Positions 35,073 to 46,954 are shown, counted from the stretch's first letter. The stretch is 64,000 nt of DNA from an uncultured Planctomycetia bacterium (GCA_963699445.1 CAVOTX010000009.1:208735-272734), one strand, 5' to 3'. Notes: generated from the sequence alone by a model not told the origin. Numbers and translations are program-made.

Positions 35073-35869
35073 TCACAGTCCCAACACGTCGTTCATGGAA
35101 TACAACCCCGGCTTCTGGCGGGCCAGGAATTTGGCGGCCGACAAGGCGCCGTGCGCGTAGCAATCGCGGCTGGTGGCCTTGACGCAGATCTCGAGCGTCT
35201 CGCCCAGCAGGCCGAAGATGATGGTGTGCTCGCCCGGATTGTCGCCGACGCGCACGGCATGATATCCGATCTCGGCGTGCGGCCGCATGCCGGGCCGCCC
35301 CTCGCGGCCGTGCCGGGCGGCGGCCTGCCCCATTTGGCCGGCCACGATCTCGCCGAACTTCAGGGCCGTGCCGCTGGGCGAGTCTTCCTTGAAGCGGTGA
35401 TGCCGCTCGATGATCTCGACGTCGGCCCCGCTGGGATGATCTTCGAGCGCGCCGGCGGCGACCTGGGTGAGCTTCATCGCCAGGTTGACGGCCAGACTCA
35501 TGCTGGGTGCCCAGAGCAGCGGAATTGCCCGCGCCACGTCGCGCAGCCTGGCCTGCTGTTCCGCTTCCAGGCCGGTCGTGGCCAGCACCAGCGGCAGCTT
35601 GAGCCGTTCGCACGTCTTGAGAATGGCATCGGTGCCGGCCGGGGTCGAAAAGTCGATCACCACTTGCGCGCGCCTGCGAGCGTGTCGGCAATTTGCACAC
35701 CGATCGGTCCGATGCCGGCCAACTGGCCGGCGTCGATTCCCAGCTTGGGGTGGCCGGGCGCTTCGAGCGTCGCCACGACTTGCAGTTCGGCATCGGCGTG
35801 GCTCAGGGCCACGAGCCGTTGTCCCATGCGTCCGGCGGCGCCGTTGATGGCAATGCGAGTCCGCGTCAT
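35073..35869 (-). CDS. dapB: 4-hydroxy-tetrahydrodipicolinate reductase (frameshift near 35670)
   Basis: GAAGRMG, VIDFS, ATTG and IIERHHRFKEDSPSGTA motifs. Confidence 0.95.
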
Positions 35870-35951
35870 GCTGATTTTTTCCGTGCCGGTTGGTGATGCG
35901 TGCGGCGCCGCGCGGTTCGATGCCCCGCGGGGCGGTAATCTCCGCTGTTCA

Positions 35952-36050
35952 GGTGTGAACGAAAAATAACTTCGGCGCTCGACCCCTCTCCCTCCAGGGA
36001 GAGAGTAGGGTGAGGGTCTGCCGAAAGCCGAAGTTATTTTTCGTGCGTCC
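35952..36050 (-). repeat. ~100-bp MITE-like repeat, copy 2
   Basis: Same 18-bp IR (35959-35976 / 36027-36044) and core as copy 1. Abuts the thrC TAA stop. Confidence 0.9.
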
Positions 36051-37487
36051 TTAGCTATAAAGCTGGATCGCTTTGATGATCTCGTCCAGTTCGTTCGACA
36101 CCGCGACCGCGCGATTGGCGAATGCGGCCCGTTTGACCCCGTGCGAGCCGAGCACTTTGTTGAATTGCTCCTGATCGGTCGTGTGATACGCCACCGTGGC
36201 CGTCGGATCCTTGAGTTGATGCCCGGTGAGGATGCAGACCACATGCTCGTCGGGATCGATCACGCCTTCGGCCACCAGCAGCTTGGCGCCGGCCACGCTG
36301 GCGGCGCTGGCCGGCTCGCAGCCGAGCCCCCCTGCCCCGACCTGGGCTTTGGCATCCAGCATGTCCTGATCGCTGACTTCGCGGACCACGCCCTGGCAGA
36401 AGTCGAGCGCCCTCAGGCACTTGTTCAGGTTGACGGGGCGATTGATCTCGATGGCGCTGGCGATGGTCGAGGCCTTTTTTCCGCTGCGGTCGAGATCGGC
36501 GAAGTAGCTGCTGGCGATCGCGGCGTCGGGTTGCCCGCCGTTCCAGCGCAGCTTGCGGCGCTCGTACAGCTCGTACAGCGTGTTGGCGCCCGACGCGTTG
36601 ATCACGGCCAGCCGCGGCACCTTGTCGATCAGCCCGATCTCTTTGAGCTCCAGGAACGCCTTGCCGAACGCGCTCGAGTTGCCCAGGTTGCCGCCGGGCA
36701 CGACGATCCAGTCGGGCACTTGCCAGCGCAGGGCCTCGAGCACGCGAAACATGATCGTCTTTTGCCCCTCCAGCCGGAACGGGTTGACGCTGTTGACCAG
36801 GTAAATGCCCAATTGCTGCGAGACTTCTTTCACCCGCTGCATCGCGTCGTCGAAATCGCCGGCGATCTGCACCGTCAGCGCGCCGTAGTCCAACGCCTGC
36901 GATAGCTTGCCGTAGGAAATCTTGCCCGAGCCGATGAAGATCACCGCCTTCATCAGCCGGGTCACGGCGCAATACATGGCCAGCGAGGCGCTGGTGTTGC
37001 CGGTCGAGGCGCAGGCGGCCCGGGTGCGGCCGATGCTGCGGGCGTGGGTGAACGCGGCCGACATGCCGTTGTCTTTGAAACTGCCCGAGGGATTCAGCCC
37101 TTCGTATTGCAGGAACAGACGGTTGGACCCCGAGCCGACATACCTGGCCACGCTGGGGGCATTTTGCAGCCAGGTTTGCCCTTCGCCCACTGTGACGACG
37201 TGCTCCGGCTTGGCAAACGGCAGCAGCTCGTGGAACCGCCACACTCCGCTATAGCACAGCGGGTCACAGCGGCGCGACCATTTCTGCTCGAAAAAGGCCA
37301 GCGACTTGGGCGGCCGTAGCCGGTTCCAGTCGTAGATCACGTCCAGCAGGTCGCCGCAGTCGGGGCAGGCGACGTGCACCTCGTCGATGGCGAACGTGGC
37401 CGCGCAGCGGGGCGAAATGCAGCGCTGAAAGGCGACATCGGTGAGGGCGGCGACGCTAATGGCCGTGGGCTCCAGGAATTGCGCCAA
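36051..37487 (-). CDS. thrC: Threonine synthase
   Basis: [13 protein letters not shown] lysine, [27 protein letters not shown] and LTGHQLKD motifs; N-terminal Cys cluster. Confidence 0.95.
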   Translation of the reverse strand: MAQFLEPTAISVAALTDVAFQRCISPRCAATFAIDEVHVACPDCGDLLDVIYDWNRLRPPKSLAFFEQKWSRRCDPLCYSGVWRFHELLPFAKPEHVVTVGEGQTWLQNAPSVARYVGSGSNRLFLQYEGLNPSGSFKDNGMSAAFTHARSIGRTRAACASTGNTSASLAMYCAVTRLMKAVIFIGSGKISYGKLSQALDYGALTVQIAGDFDDAMQRVKEVSQQLGIYLVNSVNPFRLEGQKTIMFRVLEALRWQVPDWIVVPGGNLGNSSAFGKAFLELKEIGLIDKVPRLAVINASGANTLYELYERRKLRWNGGQPDAAIASSYFADLDRSGKKASTIASAIEINRPVNLNKCLRALDFCQGVVREVSDQDMLDAKAQVGAGGLGCEPASAASVAGAKLLVAEGVIDPDEHVVCILTGHQLKDPTATVAYHTTDQEQFNKVLGSHGVKRAAFANRAVAVSNELDEIIKAIQLYS

Positions 37488-37685
37488 TATCGGCGCGAGC
37501 GCGGAAGTCAGAGTGCTAGTCTAAGCCAGTTGCCGGGGCCCATCAAGGCGAGAGGTCGCAAGGGGCGTGGGGGCCGGTCTGCGCTTGAGTCGCGCATCAA
37601 CGAGCGACCCGATAACCCGTACAAAGCGTCGTCGGTGGAAGCTCGCAGTAGGTGCGTCGGGCAGCGTCGGACATTCGTCGCCCCG

Positions 37686-38275
37686 TCAAGGCCGGGCTGC
37701 CGACGGGCCGATCAAAGGCTGCGATATCCGCTCGGGATGTTGCGCCGCTTCGTCGGCGTAGGAGCCTCTGTCGGACGACATTCTTGGCGCTGCGTAGTCG
37801 AACAGAGCTTCCGGAAACCATTTCCGCAACTCGGCCTTCTTGTCCGCCGGGAGCAGTTGGGTTTTGGCGTCGGCGCCGGACACGCTCGTCCGACGGCAAA
37901 ATTTGCTCTGCGAAGTCAAGTTGTGGCTCAAAGAACTCGAAGCGTGCGATCGACACATCTCCTAATAGCCGCCGCACGAACGAAACGTCCGGCACGCTGT
38001 CGAACTGTGTCAGGTTGCCCTCGTAGGTGCTCGACGGCCCGCAGCGCGAAGATCTTTTCCCGCAGATCCTGCCGGGTGCCGATGAGGCAGTCCTGCCCCC
38101 GCGCCCACTGGATGAGATTTCGGCGGTGGCGGACGACGTTTGCGTTCCAGCCCAGCCAGCAAGCCAGCACGGTAAACACGACCAGGAGCGTCCGCAGTGA
38201 GTACGCGGCAGCGGCGTCGGGGACCGCCCATGCTTTGTGCCTCAGCGAGCTGGATCGCGGCGTTTCAGCGTTCAT
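37686..38275 (-). CDS. Planctomycete-type membrane-anchored hypothetical protein ('YSLRTLL' family; frameshifted)
   Basis: YSLRTLLVVFTVLACWLGW TM; the C-terminal piece ends LRKWFPEA. Confidence 0.55.
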
Positions 38276-38359
38276 CTTTCCGAATCATACCCCACCCAGA
38301 CGTCCCCCGGAAAAATCATCCCCTGACTGGGATGCCCTAAACCGGTCCGCGCCGCCGCC

Positions 38360-38388
38360 TTGACAGCCCCGGTGGGCATTCTTACGAT
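38360..38388 (+). promoter_or_regulatory. Sigma70-like promoter of the rpmF-fab operon
   Basis: TTGACA-N17-TACGAT. Confidence 0.65.
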
Positions 38389-38537
38389 GAGTCGTTTCCT
38401 GCTGGATGAAAAGACGCGCTGAGAACGCGGTAAAAACAGGCCGCATTTGGCCCAAACCTGCCGCGATCGTCCAGCCAGACCGCAATCCACGCTTCCTGCT
38501 CATAGAGTGCGGGCAACCGCCTGGCATAGGTGCAATC

Positions 38538-38717
38538 ATGGCTGTTCCCAAGCGGAAACACTCCAACGCCCGAACCGGCAGCCGCCGGGCTCACAACGCC
38601 ATTCGCCCCAAGCAGCTCGAGTACTGCTCCAAGTGCAGCACCGCGGTGCCTTCGCACACGATCTGTCCGAATTGCGGTCACTACGGCGGCCGCACGATGG
38701 TCGAACCGGAAGAATAA
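38538..38717 (+). CDS. rpmF: 50S ribosomal protein L32
   Basis: MAVPKRKHSNARTGSRRAH...CSKC...HTICPNCGHY. Confidence 0.97.
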   Translation: MAVPKRKHSNARTGSRRAHNAIRPKQLEYCSKCSTAVPSHTICPNCGHYGGRTMVEPEE

Positions 38718-38772
38718 TCGGCAACAAGCCGAAAGACGTCTGGCAGCCGCAGCTCACAGCCGGGACAAAACG

Positions 38773-39682
38773 TTGAGCAAGATCGCCTTTCTGTTTCCCG
38801 GGCAAGGGGCCCAAACCGTCGGCATGGGCCGGCAGCTGGCCGAGTCGCTACCCGCCGTGCGCGGCTCTACGATCGCGCGGCCGCGGTGCTGGGCTACGAT
38901 CTGGCCACAGCTCTGCTTCGAGGGGCCGGCCGAAGAACTCGACTCGACCGTCTACAGCCAGCCGGCCCTGTTCGTCACCAGCCTGGCGGCGCATCGAATC
39001 GCTGCGGGCCGCAATGCCCGACGTGGCCGCTGGCCTGCGAAGCGGCGGCCGGCCTGAGCCTGGGCGAATACACGGCCCTGGTGTTTGCCGGCGTGATGGA
39101 TTTCGAAGACGGCCTGCGGCTGGTGCAGGAGCGCGGCGCCGCCATGCAGGACGCCGCCGACGCCACGCCCAGCGGCATGGTCAGCATCCTGGGACTCGAA
39201 CGCGGCGCAGGTCGAGCAGATCTGTGCGCCAAGGCCCGCGAGGGCGAAGTGCTGGAAATCGCCAACCTGCTCTGCCCGGGCAATATCGTGGTCTCGGGCA
39301 CCAACGCGGCCTGCGAGCGGGCGGCCGAACTGGCTGCCGCAGCCGGGGCGATGAAGGCGGTGCCGCTGGCCGTGGCCGGGGCCTTTCATACGCCGATCAT
39401 GCGGCCGGCCGTCGAGCGGCTGACGGCCGCCCTGGCCGAGGTGCCGATGCGCGGCCGACGATCCCGGTGATCTCGAACGTCGATGCCCGGCCGCACGACG
39501 ATCCGGAGGAAATCCGCCAGCTGCTGGTCCGGCAGGTCGTCTCGCCGGTGCGCTGGGAAGATTCGATGCGCTATCTGCTGGCCGCAGGGATGCGACCAGT
39601 TTTACGAAGTCGGGCCCGGGCCGCGTGCTGCGCGGCTTGCTCAAGCGCATCGACCGCAAGGTCGCCTGCCACGGTGTGTTAG
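38773..39682 (+). CDS. fabD: Malonyl-CoA:ACP transacylase (several frameshifts)
   Basis: AFLFPGQGAQ, SQPALF, GLSLGEY, AGAFHT, QVVSPVRWE and EVGPG motifs. Confidence 0.95.
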
Positions 39683-39848
39683 ATCGACCGGAGAAGAGCT
39701 GAAGCGAGCTGTCACGGAGCCAGAGGCACGAGCGGATCAGTTCGGAGAGTCGAGTCGGCGGCAAGTTTTCGGCATTCTGCTGTTCCTGAGCTGTGACTCG
39801 TGAATCACGCCTCGTTTGCGGTAACGTCCGACCTTGAGTAGAACCAAC

Positions 39849-40772
<924 letters not shown>

Positions 40773-40930
40773 TTATGGTTTCTGCCAAGGGGCAATGCGT
40801 CGGTGGTAGGGTCAAGCGTCCGGAGAGACGTAAAGAGCCTGTCGGTGCGACTGCGGTAATTATCGGGTTCGTCGGGGATCGCCCTTGAGGTCTCCCGGGC
40901 CAGGATATTGAATTCGAAGGATGATCTAAG

Positions 40931-41166
40931 GTGGCGTCAGTCCAAGAACGCGTGATCGATATCGTGGCCGAGCAACTGGGCGTCGATAAAGACAAGATCA
41001 CCCCAGAAACGTCGTTCGTGAACGATCTGGGGGCCGACTCGCTGGATACCGTCGAATTGGTGATGGAGCTCGAAGAAGAGTTCGACATCAACATTCCCGA
41101 CGACGCGGCGGAGAAAATCCAAACCGTCGGCCAGGCCGTCGAGTACATCGAGAACACCAGTCTTAA
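40931..41166 (+). CDS. acpP: Acyl carrier protein
   Basis: [20 protein letters not shown]. The stop is probably TAA 41164-41166 after an indel. Confidence 0.97.
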
Positions 41167-41171
41167 GGTCC

Positions 41172-42415
41172 ATGAAACGACGCGTCGTCGTAACCGGCCT
41201 GGGGGCGGTCACCTCGCTGAGTTGCCAAGTCGAAGATCTCTGGAAGCGCATTCTCCAGCGGCGAGAGCGGCATCCACGCGATCCGCCTGTTCGACACCGA
41301 CGCAGCACAAAGTCGAGTTCGGCGGCGACATCTACGATTGGTCGACCGGCGACTACGTCTCCGCCAAGGAAGCCAAGCGCATCGATCGCTTCACGCAGTT
41401 CGCCATGGTCGCCGGCATCGACGCCGTCAACGACTCGGGGCTCGATTTCTCCAGGAAGACCCGTTCCGCTGCGGCGTGATCCTCGGCTCGGGCATCGGCG
41501 GCCTGCACGAGATCGAAACCCAGGTCGAACGTCTGCTGCACAAGGGCCCGACAAGGTCTCGGCCTTCACCATCCCCAAGCTGATGGTCAACGCGGCCAGC
41601 GGCCATGTTTCGATCCAGTTACGGTCTGCGCGGCCCCAACTATGCCGTGGCCACGGCCTGCGCCAGCGCCACCAACGCCATCGGCGATGCCTTCAAGACG
41701 CATTCAATACGACGACGCCGACATCATGGTCACCGGCGGCACCGAGGCGGCGCATCACGCCGATGGGCATCAGCGGCTTTGCCGACATGCGGGCGCTGTC
41801 CGAACGCAACGACGATCCGCCACAGGCCAGCCGCCCGTTCGACCGCGATCGCGACGGCTTCGTGCTCAGCGAAGGGGCCGGCATGCTGGTGTTCGAGGAG
41901 CTGGAACACGCCCAGGCTCGCGGCGCCCGCATCTACGCCGAGGTGCTGGGCTACGGCGCCAGCGCCGACGGCGGCCACATCACGCAGCCCGACGAGGCCG
42001 GCACCGGCGCGGCCCGGGCGATGGACCTGGCCCTGCGCGACGGCGAGCTCGACCCCGACGCGATCGGCTACATCAACGCCCACGGCACCAGCACGCCGCT
42101 GGGCGATCAGGCCGAAACGGCGGCCATCAAGACGGATCTTCGGCGAGCACGCCCGCAAGCTGAGCATCTCGAGCACCAAGAGCCAGTTGGGCCACTTGCT
42201 GGGCGCCAGCGGCGGCGTGGAGCTGGTGCTCACCGTTCTGGCGCTGCGCGACGGCCTGATTCCGCCGACGATCAACCTGGACAATCCCGATCCCAAGTGC
42301 GATCTCGACTACACGCCCAATCAGGCCCGCGAGCGGCAGGTTGCAAGCGGCCATGTCGAACAGCTTCGGCTTCGGCGGGCACAATGCCTCGATCATCGTC
42401 GGCCTCCTACGCTAG
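41172..42415 (+). CDS. fabF: Beta-ketoacyl-ACP synthase II (many frameshifts)
   Basis: [15 protein letters not shown] (catalytic Cys), [27 protein letters not shown] and NSFGFGGHN motifs. Confidence 0.95.
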
Positions 42416-42596
42416 CGGTTCTGCCTGCTTGCACGGCTCCGGCCGGTTTTGCAATGCCCGCGTCTCTCGGCCGACCTCTCTTGCTCCAAAGTCTGGGCAG
42501 TTTCTATACTTCGCCCCCGCTATCAAGCGGCAGCGAGAGGAAGTCGAGCGGATCGCAAACGCAACCGATCGCTCTACCCGGCGCAGGAGGCCGAGC

Positions 42597-43823
42597 ATGT
42601 TTGCCAAATGGATCGTGGCGGCAGCGGTGACGCTAGTCATGGTGGACGGGTCCCCGGCGCAACAAGTGCCGGGCACATTCGGCGCCGGCGATTATCCGCC
42701 GCAGGGCGGCGCGTCGTCCGCGGCCATCACTCCGCCCGCCTGGCGGACTCCCGGAGCCAAGGACGCAAACGTACCGGGCAACGAGCCGATTCGCCCGCTC
42801 ACGACCCTGTCGCGCACGCCGATCGCGCGGGTGACCAAGGGGTCGGGCACGCTGCCCAACGACGCCGGACAGGAATGGCGCGATTACGACATCAGTCCGT
42901 ACACGCTCCGAGTCACTTCGACCAATCGACCTGAGCAGGCGATCGTCGATTGGATCTTGTTGGACACCGGCTACGAGACCTGGCATAGCGAACCGCTCGG
43001 ACTGCTCAGCGCATCGCGGCGCACGCTGCACGTTTATCACACCCCGCAAATCCAGGCGGTCGTCGGCGACATGGTCGATCGTTTCGTCAACAGCGAAGCC
43101 GAATCGCATGCCTTTGGCCTGCAAGTCCTGACCGTGGGCAGTCCCAATTGGCGCACCAAAGCCCATCGCATGTTGCACGCCGTGCCGCGCAATCCCAGGG
43201 TGTGCAAGCCTGGCTGGTGGCCAAGGAAGACGCGGCCCTGATCCTGGCCGACCTCCGCCGCCGCACCGACTTTCGCGAACACAGCTCGCCGCACTTGTTG
43301 GTCAACAACGGGCAATCGACCGTCGTCGCCGCGACCCAGTCGAAAAACTACACCCGCGACATCCTGCTCAAACCGGGTGCCTGGCCCGGCTTCGAACCGC
43401 AGATGGCCCAGCTCGAAGAAGGCTTCTCGCTCGAGTTCAGCCCGCTCTTGTCGGTCGACGGTCGAACGATCGACGCGGTCATCAAGTGCAACGTCGACCA
43501 GGTGGAAAAAATGCTGCCGGTAATGATCGAAGTGCCCACGACGATCGCCCCCCGGCAGCGCAGCGAGATCAAGGTCCCGCAGATCGCCAGTTGCCGTCTG
43601 CACGAGCGGTTCCGCTGGCCGGCCGATCAGGTCCTGCTGATCAGCCTGGGAGTCGTCTCCTCGCCGTCGCCGGCCTCGGGTTCCTCCTCGTTGCCGTTGG
43701 GCCTGACGGGTCCGGCTCGATCCGACCTGTTGGTGGTCGTGGAGAGCAAGGGCAAAAGCGCCACCGCCGCGACGGCCGTGGCGCTGTCCAGCGCGGGGCC
43801 AGCACCTATCAGGGCGCTGTTAG
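42597..43823 (+). CDS. Exported hypothetical protein with a secretin-like C-terminal domain (frameshifted)
   Basis: Signal peptide; [31 protein letters not shown] and KVPQI motifs. The end is uncertain (43823 or 43897). Confidence 0.55.
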
Positions 43824-43879
43824 AGCGGCTCGTGCCTGCCGTGCCAGCATCGTGGAGGCGACAGGTGATCGCCGACGTA

Positions 43880-43979
43880 GGTGTGAACGAAGAATAACTT
43901 CGGCGCACAACCCCTCTTCCTCCAAAGAGAGGGTAGGGTAAGGGTCTGCCAGAAGCCGAAGTTATTTTTCGTGCGCTCC
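43880..43979 (-). repeat. ~100-bp MITE-like repeat, copy 3
   Basis: GGTGTGAACGAAGAATAACTTCGGC...GCCGAAGTTATTTTTCGTGCG with the same core. Confidence 0.9.
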
Positions 43980-44274
43980 TTAAATCGCCAAACGACGGGC
44001 AGCCAGCGATCGCCACTCGCCTGCTACCGTCCGGTGCAGGCGTCGCGGTTCGTTCAAGTTGCGCCGCAGTCGCCGGCGCAGGCGGCTGAAAATTCGCCAG
44101 GCGAGAGGGCCGATCACCCGAGAGGCCCGCAGAGTTCGCCTCGACAGCCCAGTGTGTCGAACATTAGATTAAGAGCTTATCCGACAACTGCGGCGGACTG
44201 TCCCCTCACAAAGGCAGTTCTCGGATGGGCTCCGAGAGCCCGGGCCTGGCATGATTCAACGGATTGAGAGCAGC

Positions 44275-45594
44275 ATGACTCCTTCGCCGCGGCGCGTCGT
44301 CATTACCGGCCTGGGAATGATCACGCCACTGGGCAATTCTCCCGAGGCTCTGTGGCAGGCGCTGGCCAGCGGCCGTAGCGGCGTGGCCCCGTTGCAAACC
44401 GTGCCGACCCAGTATTTGCCGACCTCGTTCGCGGCCGAAGCCCACGACTTCACCGGTTCGATCGACGACTTTGGCCCGCTCGAGGGGGAGAAGAAAAAAG
44501 CACTCCGCAAAGGGCTCAAGGTCATGTGCCGCGAGTGCCAAATGGGTCTCGCAGCCGCCCAGCGCGCCTTGGCGTCGGCCGGTTGCGGCAATGGCGGGTT
44601 CGATCCGGAACGCAGCGGCGTTGTGTTTGGCTCCGATTATATGCTGACCCTGCCCGAAGACTTTACCGCAGGCGTGGTCCGCAGTCGGGGAGCGGACGGC
44701 AAATTCGACTTCACCCGCTGGGCCAGCGAAGGCATGCCGCAGCTGACGCCGCTGTGGCTGCTCAAGTACTTGCCGAATATGCCGGCCAGCCACCTGGCAA
44801 TCTACAACGACCTGCGCGGCCCGAACAACTCGCTCACGCTCCGCGAAGCCTCTTCGAACCTGGCCATCGGCGAGGCCTTTCGCACAATCGCCCGCGGCCA
44901 CGCCGACATGATGGTGGCCGGCGCCACCGGCAGCCGCGTGCACCCCATGAAGCTCGTGCATGCGCTGACACAGGAACAAGTGGCCGGCAACGGCACCGAT
45001 CCGGCCGCCGCCAGTCGGCCCTTCGACCTCAACCGCAGCGGCATGGTGTTGGGCGAAGGGGCCGCCGCCATGGTGTTGGAGGAACTGGGCACGGCCCGGG
45101 CACGCTCGGCCAGAATCTACGGAGAAGTCGTGGGCACGGCCTCCGGAACCGTCATCGACCGCCAGGGAGTTGCCCAGCGCGGGTTGGCACTGGCCAACGT
45201 GATGCGGGCGGCGCTGCGCGACGCCGGCCTGACGCCCGACGACGTCGGACACCTGCACGCCCACGGGCTGAGCACGCGCAGCAGCGACGCCGAAGAGTCT
45301 TGGGCCATCGGGCAAGTATTCGGCCCCCGGGCCAAGACGTTGCCGGTCGCCGCCGCCAAGAGCTACTTCGGCAACCTGGGCGCCGCCAGCGGCATGGTGG
45401 AATTGGTGGCCAGCTTGCTGGCCTTCGAGCACGGCCGGTTGTTCCCGGTGCTGAATTACCGCACGCCCGATCCGGCTTGCCCGGTGAATGTCGTGCGTAC
45501 AGGCGACGTCGCTCCCGGCAAGACCGTGCTAAACGTCAACTTCACGCCTCAAGGCCAGGCCAGCGCGGTGGTGGTTCGGGCGTTCGAGGGGTAA
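44275..45594 (+). CDS. FabF/KAS-family protein lacking the catalytic Cys
   Basis: RRVVITGLG, PNMPASH, GPNNSLTLREASS (E at the Cys site), RPFD, HAHGLST and KSYFGNLGAASG. Confidence 0.9.
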   Translation: MTPSPRRVVITGLGMITPLGNSPEALWQALASGRSGVAPLQTVPTQYLPTSFAAEAHDFTGSIDDFGPLEGEKKKALRKGLKVMCRECQMGLAAAQRALASAGCGNGGFDPERSGVVFGSDYMLTLPEDFTAGVVRSRGADGKFDFTRWASEGMPQLTPLWLLKYLPNMPASHLAIYNDLRGPNNSLTLREASSNLAIGEAFRTIARGHADMMVAGATGSRVHPMKLVHALTQEQVAGNGTDPAAASRPFDLNRSGMVLGEGAAAMVLEELGTARARSARIYGEVVGTASGTVIDRQGVAQRGLALANVMRAALRDAGLTPDDVGHLHAHGLSTRSSDAEESWAIGQVFGPRAKTLPVAAAKSYFGNLGAASGMVELVASLLAFEHGRLFPVLNYRTPDPACPVNVVRTGDVAPGKTVLNVNFTPQGQASAVVVRAFEG

Positions 45595-45663
45595 GGCCTG
45601 TGCGGCAACTCTTCGGGCAAATGGCCGCTGGCAGGCGGGCACCGGACGCGCTTTTCCCGGCAC

Positions 45664-45691
45664 TTGCGAGTCGATGGTTCAGAGCTATAAT
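45664..45691 (+). promoter_or_regulatory. Sigma70-like promoter of tRNA-Asp
   Basis: TTGCGA-N16-TATAAT, 60 bp upstream of the tRNA. Confidence 0.5.
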
Positions 45692-45751
45692 TCAGGGCTC
45701 ACAAATGGGAGCGGCCGTGGCGGCTTGCCGCGGACTGGATCCCGATAAAAC

Positions 45752-45825
45752 GGGGGTGTAGCTCAGTCGGTTAGAGCGCTAGCCTGTCACGCTAGAGGCC
45801 GAGGGTTCGAGTCCCTTCACCCTCG
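45752..45825 (+). tRNA. tRNA-Asp (GTC), CCA not encoded
   Basis: Acceptor stem GGGGGTG/CACCCTC, D-arm GCTCAGTCGGTTAGAGC, anticodon arm CTAGC-ctGTCac-GCTAG and T-arm GAGGG-TTCGAGT-CCCTT. Confidence 0.97.
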
Positions 45826-45852
45826 CTGTTTCTGGGGATCCAGCACAGGACG

Positions 45853-46095
45853 ATGGCCGTGGCAATGGCCCCTGAAATCAAGTCCCTGCGTCCGCCGGTC
45901 ATCGAAGTCATCGACCGAGAGATGGCCGCCATCATCCGCTCCAAGACCGGGGCCGAGCGGCTGCAGATTTCCAACGGGATGTACGTCAGCGCCCGCCGGA
46001 TGATTCTCAGCCATCTGCGAGCGGAACATCCGCAGTGGGATGAACCGCGCCTTCGCGACGCGGCGGCCCGGAGGCTCGCCCATCGAACCGATTGA
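45853..46095 (+). CDS. Small helical protein, putative antitoxin/partner of the downstream nucleotidyltransferase
   Basis: 80 aa (IEVIDREMAAIIRSKTGAERL...LRAEHPQW...ARRL); its 3' end overlaps the start region of the next gene. Confidence 0.7.
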   Translation: MAVAMAPEIKSLRPPVIEVIDREMAAIIRSKTGAERLQISNGMYVSARRMILSHLRAEHPQWDEPRLRDAAARRLAHRTD

Positions 46096-46652
46096 GCTGT
46101 TACGGTATGTCGCCGGCATCCTCGATGCGATGGGCCTGCGCTACTTTGTGACCGGCTCAACCGCGACCATTTTTTACGGCGAGCCGAGATTTACGAACGA
46201 CATCGACGTCGTCGTCGATTTGGCGGAGCCGTCGATCGCGGATTTCTGCGCACGATTCCCGGAGGACGACTTCTACGTTAGCTCAGCGGCGGCGCTGGAA
46301 GCCGTGCGCAGGCAGAAGGCAGTTCAACGTCATTCATCCGGCTTCCGGCCTGAAAATCGACGTGATCGTGCCGGAATCGACTCCCTTCAACGAGTCGCGG
46401 TTTGCACGCGCTCGGTATCTCCACGCGGGAGATGACTTCGAAGCGTGTTTTGCCTCGCCGGAGGACGTGGTTATCAAGAAAATGGTGTTCTATCGCGAGG
46501 GCGGCTCGGAAAAGCATCTGCGCAACATTGCGGGCGTTCTCGCGACCTGCCGAGAGCGATTTGATGTGGCCTACGTGAGCCATTGGACGCAAGAGCTGGG
46601 CTTGGCCGAGCTATGGAAGGCGATTCAGCAGCGCGCCTCGGGAAGCGCGTAA
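46082..46652 (+). CDS. Pol-beta-superfamily nucleotidyltransferase (DUF6036/AbiEii-like); abnormal start and frameshift near 46320
   Basis: YFVTGS...GEPRFTNDIDVVV (GS + DxD), KIDVI and SPEDVVIKK motifs. Confidence 0.78.
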
Positions 46653-46926
46653 CAATGGCTCCCGGCCACAAGCGAACCTGGTTTCGCTCGCACACTCGAT
46701 CGCGCAAAGACCCCAAGATGTTGCAGGGGTTCCCTTCACCCTCGCTAATTCTTGGACCGCTCGCTGGCAGCTCGCCAGCGCGTTTCGGCGGTAAAGCGCC
46801 GGCCTATTGCTGCCCCTCGGGGGCCAGCGCCGTTCTGCTCCGACGATCGCCGGGCATCTGCCGCGTCGCATTCGCCTCGGGTTGACAGGCAAAGCACATC
46901 GCCCGTCCGCGGCACCGAATCTCGGC

Positions 46927-46954
46927 TTGACATATTCCCATATGGGAATATAAT
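46927..46954 (+). promoter_or_regulatory. Consensus sigma70 promoter with an overlapping 20-bp palindromic operator
   Basis: TTGACA-N16-TATAAT; perfect palindrome ATATTCCCATATGGGAATAT at 46932-46951. Confidence 0.85.

Larger units (their letters stand above)
45812..46746. mobile_element. Mini-island at the tRNA-Asp 3' end, bounded by 16-bp direct repeats
   Basis: TCCCTTCACCCTCGCT at 45812-45827 (tRNA 3' end) and again at 46731-46746. No integrase lies between them. Confidence 0.75.

Noticed and set aside
40931-43241. ACP-FabF and FabF-hypothetical fusion ORFs in the ORF track (182 aa and 689 aa)
   Set aside because: Read-through caused by indels; each gene has its own start and a nearby out-of-frame stop.
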